Below are positions 27,912 to 40,159 of a stretch of DNA of 64,000 nt, piece by piece. The notes beneath the pieces were generated by a model, which made no database searches, was not told where the DNA came from, and was given only the letters and a program-made list of their open reading frames with translations. Positions within the stretch are counted from its first letter, which is position 1; each line of letters starts with the position of its first letter. The position numbers were made by a program, and so were the translations under genes. The stretch comes from Convolutriloba macropyga (taxonomy: Eukaryota), in the NCBI RefSeq assembly GCF_964194025.1, contig NC_134475.1, positions 50,778,001-50,842,000 of the forward strand, written 5' to 3'.

Positions 27912-29185
27912 CCACTAAAATACCAACCATTGTAGATAATCTTACCAGTTTTTGTCTTCATACATCAGCAGAGAAACTTCGAAATCACCGAAGAAAACGA
28001 ATTTTCTCAAAGACATCTAATTGAAAGTACAGTTGCATTCACAATTTGTTAAATCCTTCAATCACGAGTTTTTATTCTTACCTGACCAAAGTGGGGAGAA
28101 TATAAACGAACATTTCACGCGTTCAAATTTGAAATGGACAGTTGAATTTAGAATTATTGAACTGCTGATCTGTTGAATTAATTAACATAGTTATGATAAC
28201 CAAGTTAATTATAATTTAATTATAACTCAAAAAAAAACCATTGTAGCGACCAATCACTGGCGAAAAATTAAGCTTACTTCTCTGTATGATCTGCTGTATG
28301 ATTACCGATATTGCTTCACGACAATCAATGAACATAACCCACTAATGCCGGACGACTTGCTCTCAAAAGGCCGGTCGGAAGGATAATCAAATCGAAACCG
28401 CATCAGCAGGGGGCATTACTTAAGGGGATTTTAAATGTTTTTATTCAACATACTTTTAGAACAAAATATATAAATTGAATAAAAATATAAAATTGAAACA
28501 GACTGCCGGAAAATATGATTCATGACCCGAATGGGATTGATTCAAAAAAGTTTTTTTTTAAAAAAAATGGTAAAGTGCGTCCTATTTTGATTGGACAAAA
28601 ACAACACTTGGTGAATAACAAATTAGAACAAAGACCAAACGCCGAGCATCCAAAACTAGGATTAAAGGTTCATCCCGTTTTAACTTTAGATTTCGTTTTG
28701 TGAAACAGACTCTGATCAATTGAGATTGCTTTGCTGAGAAATGGCTGCTTCAAAGCACTTTGAGCAGAATAAACAAAGACTGAAAATAGCCTAGAGAATT
28801 CAAAAAGGTTTCCAGCCAACTGTCGAAAAAGCAGCAAAATTAGGTAAACCGAGACAACCTTTTTCACGTAGTCCGAAAATAGGAGCTCATTAATAGGCAG
28901 CTTAGAAGATGACAGAGTTAAGATGCTTAAACTCTGAGTAAGAGCAATTTAATACGCAAAAATGAAGAAGTCAAACGCGAAAAATTCACTTGTATAACAG
29001 TAATCGGTTGTACAAAAAATCGCAGAAAAAAAACAACAGGGCTACAATAATAGTCAATAATATTTGTCTGAGAGTAATTAGAAGCTTCACTCATTTAACC
29101 TCTTTTTGAAGTGCACAGCAGGGTGGAGCTTTCCACAATAGGAAAAGAATGCAGACAAGTTTAGGCAAGTGGGATTTTGACTAAC

Positions 29186-29310
29186 CGCTCGGAGTAGCTG
29201 TTCCACAACTTCTGCCAAGAAGTCAGCACTGTTTGGAGAGTTTGAGAAGTCAAATTTGGTAGAGAATTTCAATTCGATCCTCTTGTAGGCCACCCCATCC
29301 TTCTCAGGGA
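29186..29310 (-). CDS. Coding exon 3 of a secreted SEA-like proteoglycan gene ((V)PEKDGVAYKRIELKFSTKFDFSNSPNSADFLAEVVEQLLRA)
   Basis: Acceptor ttgttaattttag|, donor GCG|gttagt, 125 nt, phase 1 to 0, in frame with the previous exon. Strand-then-helix pattern resembles the N-terminal half of a SEA domain. Confidence 0.65.
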
Positions 29311-29481
29311 CTAAAATTAACAACAGATCCGATAAAATTAAATCCAATCAATTTTTGAGCTTCCTTTATAAGAAATAAAGGTAGAGGAGTTAATACGGAA
29401 AAAAAGTATTTTCACTTCTCCATCCAACAAAGCTTTCTCCACCTATCAGTCTCAACTTAAACAGGTCAATGGATCGCTTAC

Positions 29482-29560
29482 CAGGATCAATCATCCCTGA
29501 CCCGCCGGACGAGTATGCATCTGGTCCATCATCAATGTACTGGGCAAGGGTAAGACGTAG
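29482..29560 (-). CDS. Coding exon 2 (LRLTLAQYIDDGPDAYSSGGSGMIDP): end of signal peptide plus acidic Ser-Gly GAG-attachment-like motif
   Basis: Acceptor ctttctttgttgcag|, donor CCTG|gtaagc, 79 nt, phase 0 to 1. Confidence 0.7.
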
Positions 29561-30240
29561 CTGCAACAAAGAAAGTTTTGAACATGAATCAGTTAGAGGT
29601 CCATGAAAACTCAAATTGCTACCCAGGTAAACTTAAAATTTATCAAGGAAGCTCACGCATCTGTGGTTTGCAAAATTAATTCCGACCTCCTCTCTCCAAC
29701 TAAACCATTTTTTACATGTAGGCCGAAACAAATTTACAAAAAATTCATTTTAGCTGTCGAAATGCATCAAAATTTTTAATTGTGATGCCTGTACCACACC
29801 TAAAATTTACTCATTATCTGTACCACACCTAAAATTTACTCATTAAAGCAGCAAGTTCAACTAAACACACGATTCTTTGTCTCAACAAGATAGTAAAAGA
29901 AACAGAAAAAAATTTATTTTTATTAAATGCTGTGATATTATATAATGAGTCTAAATCTGTACAACTTATTGCTTTCAGTTAGAGTGACACGCACTCAGCT
30001 GACCTTATCTCCTCAAAATGAAGTGAAGTTAAGTCATTCTGAAAGTCATCTTTGAGAGTGAGGAAATTAACGTGTGACAAAAAACTTAAACATGCGAATG
30101 AACACAAAACTAGCTTCACAAGGATTGAAAAAAGACATCACACGCAATTCTGTTAGAAGTTCATGATCGAATTAACAAAGGCAGATTTGAAAAGATGGTG
30201 ACGTCATACGCTCTTAACAAAATCTTGACGACCAATAAAA

Positions 30241-30463
30241 AACATAACAGACTAACGTCAGGCGAATTTCTCTCAAACGACCGGTTGCCTTCGTCAGTAG
30301 CTAGCTAGCCACGGTTTAGTGGCCTCTGGGCGCTACCTCTTTGTCCCGTTTCGGAAGACAAAAGTCAAATGGGTCAGATGAAAAAACGGCCAAGCGAAAA
30401 ATTGCATAAAAGAGACAAACAGGATTAATATAGTTGCTACAAATTGCTTTTGAGAGCAATTAA
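30241..30463 (-). mobile_element. Family A minimal copy (arms almost directly joined)
   Basis: gactaacgtcaggcgaatttctctcaaacga...gtcagtagctagcta runs almost directly into ctctgggcgctacct...tttgagagcaattaa. Confidence 0.6.
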
Positions 30464-30586
30464 CAATGATTTCCTAAAATGTGACTGTAAGGTCATTTAT
30501 GATTTAAAAAACCTACTATAGCTCATTGTTAATGAGGATCAGAGATGACATTACGCCATATAACAGCAGCTGAAGTGAGTCATCAA

Positions 30587-30589
<3 letters not shown>

Positions 30590-30618
<29 letters not shown>
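30590..30618. repeat. (GA)n microsatellite
   Basis: About 14 GA units. Confidence 0.95.
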
Positions 30619-30621
<3 letters not shown>

Positions 30622-32049
30622 AACGCGAACGAGAAAGAGAAGGAAAGGAATCCTAAGACAGGGAGAGAAAGAGAGACAGGAAAATTTTCCATGATGGGAT
30701 TCGACTCTGCAACTTCTAATTTTCTAGCCTTGTTAATAACTAAATCAGAAAAAACTGAAAAGGCAAAATTCAAAAAAAGTTCTCAATTTCAGTAAAAAAG
30801 TTTTTTAAAAAAAATGTCTCATAATTTAACAGGTAACACATCGCCGAGACTTGAAAAAATTTGTTGGCCAGTGATAGTCGTTGAACTCAGAAAGCACAAA
30901 ATATTAAAATTTTGAAAAAATTGCAAACTTTAACAAAATCTTGCCAAAATTCAAGATATTAAAATCCTAAGTACAATTTCATTGTCTCAAGAGACTATTC
31001 GGTATCCCTGTTTCAAGCCTGAAATAGTTCCACAGGCTCATAGAGATCCATACACTTGGAACACGAAAATTTTCCAAAAATTTGAAATTTTATCCAAAAA
31101 TTACAAAAACTGGAGTCATAAAAAATGTTGATCACCATCCCATTAAATCTAGGAACTATGCAGCAGCTTATTATCAAATCTTTGAGGAGGTCCCAGGGCC
31201 TATGCTGCCCGAAAAAAGTCAAAACCATAAAAAAATGCAAACAATTTAAAAAATTAGAATTCTAGATATTAAAATCTTGAAGAACATTCCATTACATCTA
31301 TAAACTATGCAGTAACATATTATCAAACCCTAGGGGAAGTTCCGTGGCTCTTTAGCGGGAGAAACCTAAAAAATGACAAAAAAATTAAAAAACTGAGAAA
31401 AATTGCAAGTTTTATAAAAAAAATTGCTAAAACTTGTGATATTAAAAAGTTGAAAAGTAATCCATGACCAACAAAAATTTTCCATTAACTTATTATCAAG
31501 CTCTAACGGAGGCTTTTTGACCATTGAGGCTCAAAAAACCTGAATAATAACAACAAACGTCAAAAAATTGAAAAAATTTTGTAAAAGTTTTGTAAAAAAA
31601 AATGCTAAAATTCGTAATGTTAAAATTTTGCAACACATTCCATTTAATCTAGAAATTTTGAAATGAAAACTTGAAAAGCAATTTTATCAAAATATTGCTA
31701 AAATTTGTGACATTAAAAGTTGAAAAACTATTCCATGGCCAATAAAAATTTGTCAGTAACTTATTATCAAACCCATATGACGTTTTCTGGCCCCTGGGAC
31801 TGGAAAGACCTGAATAAGGAAAAAATGTAAAATTTGAAATTGCACGTTTTGTCAAAAAATTTCTATAATTCGTGATGTTAAAAAGTTGAAACCATACTAT
31901 TATCACTAGAAACTATGCCATAATCTATTCTTAAAACCTAAAGGATGTTCCTTGGCATCTAGGGCTGATAAAAATCAAAAAACGTCAAAATTTTTCGAGA
32001 AGCTTGAAAAAAATTGCAAAATATAAATTTGCGTTTTTAGCAAGCGTTT

Positions 32050-32422
32050 GTTCGTCAGTAGTACGCCAGGGGGGGTGGTTGCACCGGGGGCTGATGGGGT
32101 GGGCCAACAGTGGGGTGGGGGGAACAGCGCGATGGGGGGTGGGGGACAATAGTGGGGGGGGGGGGTGGGTCAACAGTGGGTGTGTCTTCCAACCTCTAAG
32201 ACCCGCCCTTCACACCATACGTATGAGTCTCCAAAACCGTGTGAGCTGAAGCAGAGCTGAAAGGCTCTAAGAGCACCTAATGCCCGCTGGGCGCTACCTG
32301 TTTATCCCTTTTTGAGGACGAAAAGTCAGGCATAAAATCGGTCATTTGAAAAATCGCATGAAAAAAAAAAGACCAACATGACTAATATAATTGCTACAAA
32401 CTTCGCTTTAGAGCAATTAAAT
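32050..32422 (-). mobile_element. Family A copy with a G-run core
   Basis: cgtcagtag, then multiple G-tracts (32068-32180), then taatgcccgctgggcgctacctgtttatcc...agagcaattaaa. Confidence 0.55.
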
Positions 32423-35400
32423 ACAAGAGGACAAGTCCTGAACACAATAAAAAGAATTGAATGAAAAAACTTAGAAAAACTGCACCTGACAAGCAGATGA
32501 ATTGAAAGATGCCAGCCAAAAGTAACAATCTAACAATTGAGAAAAAAACTAAACAATATAATCATTGCTGAAAACTATTGAAATATTTTACCTGAAGCCG
32601 AAGTTTGATTCAATTAAATAAATCCACTAAACAACGCATCAGCCTTGAAAGAGGTTTATTGGCCAATAAAGTTAGAAAAAATGAGAAAAAGGACATACTT
32701 AAAGAAAACTGTGCAAAAATTTAGAAATAACGCAAAATTAAAACGTTCGAAACCACTTTCTTGCCTCTGGAATCTTTCCAGCAGCCTATGGGCAAGAATT
32801 AAAAAAGCTTCATTGGCCAGTAAAGATCAATAAACTCACAGAAAATTGACAGAAAACTACAAAATATTTGAAAACAATTGCAAATTTTAATGAAAAGTTG
32901 CAAACCTTTCCGATAATATAATCTCCAGCACCATTTCATTGTCTCCAGGGACTATTCGGTAGACCAAATTTAAGCTTCAAAATGCTTCGTTAGCGCATAA
33001 AAATCAATGAAACAGGAACATGACAACAATTTTTTCAAACATCTGAAAAAAATAAAATTTTATCAAAAATTGCAAATATTTGAGTTACGAAAATGTTCAA
33101 CATCACTTTATTGCACCCATTAACTATATAGTAACAAACAATCAAAATCTACATGGCGTTACCTGGCCACTGAGACAAGAAACACTAAAGACAAAAAATT
33201 TCAAATTTTTATTTTAAAATTTCTAAAATTTGTGATATCAAAAAGTAGAAAGCAATGCAATTCCTACTAATAATTATGCAGTAACACATTGTCACCCTTT
33301 GAGGATGTTTTTACGTCCATGAGACTAAAAAAACTCCAAAAATGTTGAAAAAAATGCAATCTTCAAAAAAAATTACTCAAATTGATAATGCAGTGACATA
33401 TAGCAGACACTTCAGCTGCCCCTGACGCTGAAAAAACCTTAAAAAGACAAAAATTTTTGAAAAACTTGAAACGACAACAAAGTTTTACTAAAGTTTAAAA
33501 AAATGCTGAAATTCTGAAAAAATTAAGACCGTCCCATTGCCAATAGAAACTATGCATCAACCTAACATCAAAAAACATTTTCAGTTCTCGTGTTTCTGTT
33601 TGCAGCACCAAAATTTATAGGTCTTAAAATGGGCATAAAATGTAATCTTGCTCAAGACTATTTTACGTCAATTTAAGACTGATAGTTTTTTTATCGCTCG
33701 ACAGTAGTATAAAAAGTGATTAAAAGCATGAGCTACAAGCTGAAAGATTTTTTTTTCAACTGAATATGTCTTTATTGCCAAACTCCATTGCCTTTCATTA
33801 TTTAGAATAAGTGATAAGACAGCAATAAGTACAAAGAAAGTACTTAGAAAGCGTATATTCACTGATATTTTATGACTGATATTTTATTAAAGTCAAAGTC
33901 ATAAAAAGCTATAGCTGCTCGTTGATGAATTTGAGCAACTGTCATTAGGCACAATTAGAGCACATATCATTATAAAAGCACTCAAAAAGAAAAAAACCCT
34001 GTGCGAAAATGCCTCTGAAAAACTGAAACTTTGTTCAAACACCAAATTTTCAATCCACTTTAAAGGTAGTTTTTGACTAAAAATCAATCCTCAGATCTTC
34101 CAAATTTATCGTCCCCTTTAGTATTTCAGCCTGACTAAAATCACCACTTTGATTTGACATTTCATTGGCGTCAAAAGACGAAAACAGTGAACAGATCTTA
34201 AAAACATAGGACATGTCTTGAATAACAAAATGACTTAGCTAATAACCTTAAAAAATCTTACAGCAAAATCAGTTGAAGACAGTCAACAAAGTCCCTGACC
34301 CTATAGACCCAAAAAACCAACATAAAAATCTAAAAACAATTAGAAAATATCTTTGTTTCCAAGATTTAGTGCTTTAAGAATCCATAGTAACAATTTTTGA
34401 AATTATTGACTACATGCTTCCATTGGTACAAAAAACAACAATTTCGCGTGAATTAGTGACAAACAAAGCAAAAAAGACAAAAACAGCATATTATAAAGTA
34501 CTCAACAAAGTCATTGAAAAGTTTTCGGCAATTCTAATAGCTGAAAAAGGGACAATATAACTAAAACTGAAGGCATAATTCGCAAATACACTTCTTAAAA
34601 ACAAATGATATTCAGTGAAGTGAATAAAACATAGCTAAAAGTTGGAGCCAAAAAAGACAAAAATTATATCGCACTAGAAAGCAAATAAGAAATTATTGTT
34701 GTTGTTGTTGTTGTGACAACGCGAAGACCACAACAATAACAACAACAGACCAAAAAATCCATTTATTTTTTTTAAAGCAGGTATCAAAATCTTAAATTGC
34801 TGTGAATCCAATCCACTAATTAGATTCACCTGCTACTCCTTACTAAGCGATGAAATGTGCCATGAATGAGATTGAATGATAACACAGTAATAAGTACAAA
34901 TACTAAAACTCAAAAAATCATTAGTTTTTGGAAACGAAAAGCGTATCATTCAAAGAAAAGAGCAGCTAAAAAAGAAACGATTAAATTGGTTTACATGGGA
35001 TGAGAATGGGATGAGTTGCCAAAGGATGAGAACTGTCATTAAGGACACTAATAGATGGTAACGCATTGAGCAATGAAAACTTGTAAACCCGCAAATGTTT
35101 GATAATAATTCTTCGAAAGAACTTAAGTCAAAGGGATATAAAGTACTAGTTTTCAAGCAAAACAATTAAATCTACTAAAAATAAACAATTTTAGCAAATT
35201 AAGATACCTTTAATGAGATTAAACGATAAGACAACAAAAAGTACAACCGATACTCATAAAAGTTTGAAAACAAATATTGTCAAAGTCTTAAAAAACCAAG
35301 GGGCAAAAACTCAAACACTTGATTAAGTTCGCTTGTGCCTCATTAGCAACTAATACTGTCATTAATGACACTAAGTGATATGACAAGAATAATAAAAGAG

Positions 35401-37188
35401 GGGCAAAAACAAAATTTTCAGCAATATTTTACAACATCAAATAGTGGAATTAAAAAAGCATTAACAAACTGCTGATGAAATCAAGCTATTGCAAATAGGC
35501 GCAATTAGAACTCATAAGTATCACTATAATAGTACTAAAAAACTGAAAACAGAAGCGGAAGTCAATTGCCACACGTGAACAAAAAATCGCGTTCAAAAAC
35601 CTGAGTTTGTTCAAATACAAACTTCTCACTCCACGTTAAAGGTACTTGAAGAAAATCACGATTCAAACCTACTTGCTTTTCTGCTCCAAATACTACTCCA
35701 ACGTGATTAAAATCACCACTCTAATTTGAATCCTCAATGACGTGAAAAAGTCGAAAAAGCGTCAACAGATCTTAAAGAAAATAGCACACCAATACAATCC
35801 AAATACTTTGGATTAAAAAACCCAAGAGAAGGCCAATAAGAGCCCCAGCTGTTGCTTTGCTGCCATTAAAAATCTAACTCAATAATCAGCAGTTAACTGG
35901 GATGTAGATGGTATGTTTTTTTCTACCTAAGAAGTATGAAACGCTGGAGATCTTCTGATACAGAAAAAAAATATTTTACTTGCTGAGCTTTAGTCACTAC
36001 GTTCAATTAAATCAGATTTAAATGTGATATAAAGCCATGCCCTTCACAAACATGCAAAGTTTCTGATTCTTCAGTAAAACTCATTCAAAAGAAGTTTGAC
36101 ATCAAGCAAAATATCAAACTAAAATTGAACAAGAAGTCAGCTGCTTGTCAATGTGTCTGAAGGATGAATACACCAGCACCAGCATCTCCTTCAGCACCAA
36201 TAAACAAGAACTTTCCAAGGAAAAGCCGAACAAATCGTTAATCTGTCAATATGAAAGTATGAAATCATTCAATAACAGTAACAATGGGGTTCTTAATATT
36301 GTACTGTTGTTTTTAAGAAGAAGGCAAGCTACGTAGATCGTTTTTGTAATGCTGTTGTAGCTTCATTGTAAAACTAGCATTACAAAAATATTTCCTGGTT
36401 TACATTATATTTTTGAGGAAGAATGTTCAACCATTTGGTTAAATTTTTAATGGACTTGCTTTAAAAACCTAAGGGAACATTAAACACAAAATTGAAAACA
36501 CGGTAAAATCGATCTTCCAACTCAAGGAATGCATTTCAACTAGAAACAATTTCTGCTTCAAACAATTTCTGCTTCATACATACCAGCTTCAAACTTTCAA
36601 CTCCAAGATTAAAAATTCTCATCATTTTGCGTTAATAATTGCAAACATTTTCGAATTTTCAGAAAATTCCGAGAGAGGTTGTTTTTACGTACATTCCCGA
36701 CTACGACAATTTCTTAGGACTGATGTCAAAATAAAGCTTCATTTTCCCCAAAGATAACACGATTTTGAAGACGGATGACCAACTCAACTTTATAGAGCTA
36801 TCAAATTATATCATCGACTTTTCTGAGCAGTACATATGAATCGGTCAAAATTGTGCCAGCAAAAACACGACCTGCCTCGCAATTCTTTCCTCGGTTCATC
36901 AGGTCTGAATAAAAAATGATCAAGAATTTGCAAAATTGGTCGCGCAAAAAATTATAGATAACAGCGTAAGAAAGACCACACAAATAATCACTACAAGTCC
37001 GATTTTACAAGTCAGTTATGATATTCAAAAATACTTGGAGAATCCTAGATCTAGTAAAACTGAAGTAGAAACAAATATGCCGATGTACACACCATTGTTA
37101 AACTCTTCAATTCATAAGAGTAATTAATGAAGTTAAGCAACAAATTAAGGAGTTATAGATAGCTATTTGATGAGATGATGTTGGTTAC

Positions 37189-37242
37189 CTTTGAGATGCA
37201 GACTAGCCCGAAGAGGACGAATAGCGAAGATGATGGCTTCAT
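37189..37242 (-). CDS. First coding exon (signal peptide MKPSSSLFVLFGLVCISK) of the secreted Ser-Gly/SEA-like proteoglycan gene
   Basis: ATG at 37242 (aatATG context), 54 nt, donor AAG|gtaacc in phase 0. Joining to exon 2 gives a complete signal peptide ending LTLA-Q. Confidence 0.6.
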
Positions 37243-38829
37243 ATTTGGTATGTGGTGTATTTGTTCTGTGCTCAGATCAGCTTCAGTAGTAATAAAAGTT
37301 GATGTTGTGGCACTAGAGAGTAAGTGGCCTGCCTGTCCCCTCAGGCGTTCCTGGGTACTTTCGTTTCTCTCTCCTCTAAGACTGAGGTATTAATTTGCAG
37401 TAGAATAACTTGAGTAGTATCAATATTAATATTTAGCACAGTGAGAGCAACAAGTTAGCTGGCTACGTAAGTTCTCTTCTCAGGATAACCATCAGTCGCA
37501 CTTTCATCTGAAAAAACAAACAAGCATTAACACTCTTTACCTTTGGACACCCAAATAAGAATTGCTACACGCGGGGAGAGGGCAATTATTTAAAAACCAA
37601 CATTCAAATTTTCTCATCTAATTAATAATGCTTTCAAAAACGATGACCGGAAAAAATAAAAGCGCTTCAGAGGGCGAGGAAAATTTTGCATCTTAAGTTT
37701 AGAAAACCGATTGATGACTTCATATACAATTAAACTGATAATTTGGATACCAAGCATTAAAAGAAACGCGAGTTTCGTAAGATTTGACGAGTGACCCTAA
37801 AATCACATGTTAAAGTTGCATCTCTGGCTCCTCGTGATACTGCACTTTACCAGTTCGGGTAGAACATTTCACCTATACAACATTTGGTGTAGCAGAAGGC
37901 CGAAAAGATCAAAGGGCGAACCAACGACAGATATCTTAACAAATGAGATGGCCGAAATTTGTTACGGAATACTTAAATAACAGTTAGAGTGGAAATGGTT
38001 TTAAAAAGCCCTCCAGGCACATCTTAAGTTTTTTGTTTATTTGACATGCAAAGTCTAAGCCATTAAAAAAATTGCATAAAACGGACCAAAACTGCCAGAC
38101 TGCATTTGCATCAATTAAATATCCATCAAAATCCGCTTTTGAAGTAAACTTCAAACTATTTATGGATTGTGGTTTTATTGCAAAGCAAGACCTCAGTTTT
38201 CTCAACATGCAACAAATTTGACAGGCCTGAGAGATATGTTAGAACATTCCGTTCCACGAACAAGGTCTTGTTTAGCCACAGAAAAGCGACCAATCACTAC
38301 AATGTGAAAACAAAGCTTGATAGAGTGATCTAAGGTACATTTAAATGGAAGCACATCTATTGTCCTCCACCATCCGTCTTAAGTAGACTTCAAACTATCA
38401 GTGAGATCCCACTGAACCTTCACTCATTGTAACAACAAAAATGTTCTTTAGCTTCATTTTTAATCCAATTTCTTCCCTGTTACTATTTAGATTGAAATAT
38501 GTTTTTCCTAAGTTTTGCCTGCAGGATTAGCTAGTCTCTTTGTGCTGTTAAAACAAGACAGCTATTTTGCTGCATTGTATATCCACAGTTACTGGCGCTG
38601 TTCAATTATTGAAAAGAGTAAACCTCTTAGGAATTTCTATATACCACGGAGAAACCATCTGTTAACCTACAAACAGCCAATTCTGAAAAACTGTTTTTTT
38701 TGTGGTCAATTAATCAAAAATTGATAAATACGATTCTGTTTTTCCTCGAACATATCTCGTTAATAATCCCAATTCATTAAAACAGTTCATAATTGAAAAC
38801 TTCAGTTTGTTTGCTCCGGTAGTTTTAAA

Positions 38830-39123
38830 ATGACGGCTTGCTATATTTTTCTAGTGTTTTGTGTCTATTTGCTTACAATTGCATCGTACCCAGTGTTAAC
38901 TTCCACGATCGAAGAACAACGCGAAATGTCTACGGAAATTCTTTTAAGAAATCAATTATTGATCAATTATGACTATTACGTGCGCCCTGTCCGCTCACCA
39001 AAATCAACCGTTGAAGTCAAGTACGAAAGTTCTATTTACCAGCTGGTTGGTATCAATACCAAAGATCAAACTATCAAGATGCTCATGTTCCAGCGATTGT
39101 CATGGACTGACGAACTCCTTAAG
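38830..39123 (+). CDS. Cys-loop ligand-gated ion channel (nAChR-like, non-alpha) exon 1
   Basis: Signal peptide, then LRNQLLINYDYYVRPV, YQLVGINTKDQTI and WTDELLK. The exon end is inferred from the conserved WxDxxLxW motif; the donor reads AAG|gaactg. Confidence 0.9.
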
Positions 39124-40159
39124 GAACTGTTTCCTCCTCCTACCTAACCCCGGGTGCAATCTGACACACTATAATGATAATTCTACACCCTTACAATGCA
39201 AATCAATAGAAATAATAATTATGCTTTTTCGATCAATCACTGGAACGGCTCAAATCCGAAGCAGCCCATTTCTCCTCCCTTGTTGTTCCGACCCCACTTG
39301 TGGGGGAAGGAACTATATACTCAAATGGGTTTTTTTTTTTTGTTCAGTGAATTTTGGCCGATCGATATATTCGTCGTAGAGAAATGTGAGTGGTATCATT
39401 AAAAAGCTGGTCCAGCGTAGAATTCAAAAGTAAAAAGATTTTTTTGAATTTCGTTTTTTTCGAGGAGTTATCGAGGATTGAAGTTTTGTGTGAACAATGG
39501 GATCTTTAGCATGATTGTTCACTTTTAGTACAATTTTCTTCAAACTAAGATCTTTTTTACGAAAACATTAATTCAAATTTCTATAAAAAGAATAAATTTT
39601 GAGTTCGTAAAAGTTGAATGCAAGGCGATAGAAAGACTAGTTCTGGTCTCATAGGGAAGTTCACTATCAAAAAAAAATCGAACTCTAATTGAGAGCCCTT
39701 TTTTTAATAAAACTTTTCTCTTTTTTGCTTTTTTAAGTCACCTAGAGACAAGTCACATTTTATATCGACGTTCTATTAATGACAAAACTCCTTTATAGTC
39801 GAATGAAGCGCAATGAACAAAAAACGTCGTTTTCAAGGAATTGCTCATGTTTTTTTTTGGCTTCGATTCTGAGTTTTCGTAATTTTGAATGAAATTTTGA
39901 ATTTCTTTTTGAAGTTTTACTATTTTTTTTGGAGTCCTATGGTAGGGATTCATTGACTAACAGTGCAATATGTTCCATAATGAGCATTAAGTGAACATGT
40001 CTATTTCATTGAGGGGGCGGCTAATGGCTGTTAAGACTTAAAAAATAATTTTTCGAATTTTTTTTTGAATATTAAAGAATCATAATCTTATTATAGTGAA
40101 TTGTAAGTCAGTCCAGGGGTGAGAGCACCCTCTTCCTTCCTACTGCAACCAAAATTAAA

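Noticed and set aside
37455-37507. DESATDGYPEKRTYVAS* as a neuropeptide-like exon
   Set aside because: No in-frame ATG or supported coding exon upstream; more likely 5' UTR.
39124-39402. ORF extensions after receptor exon 1
   Set aside because: Intron read-through into repeat family C.
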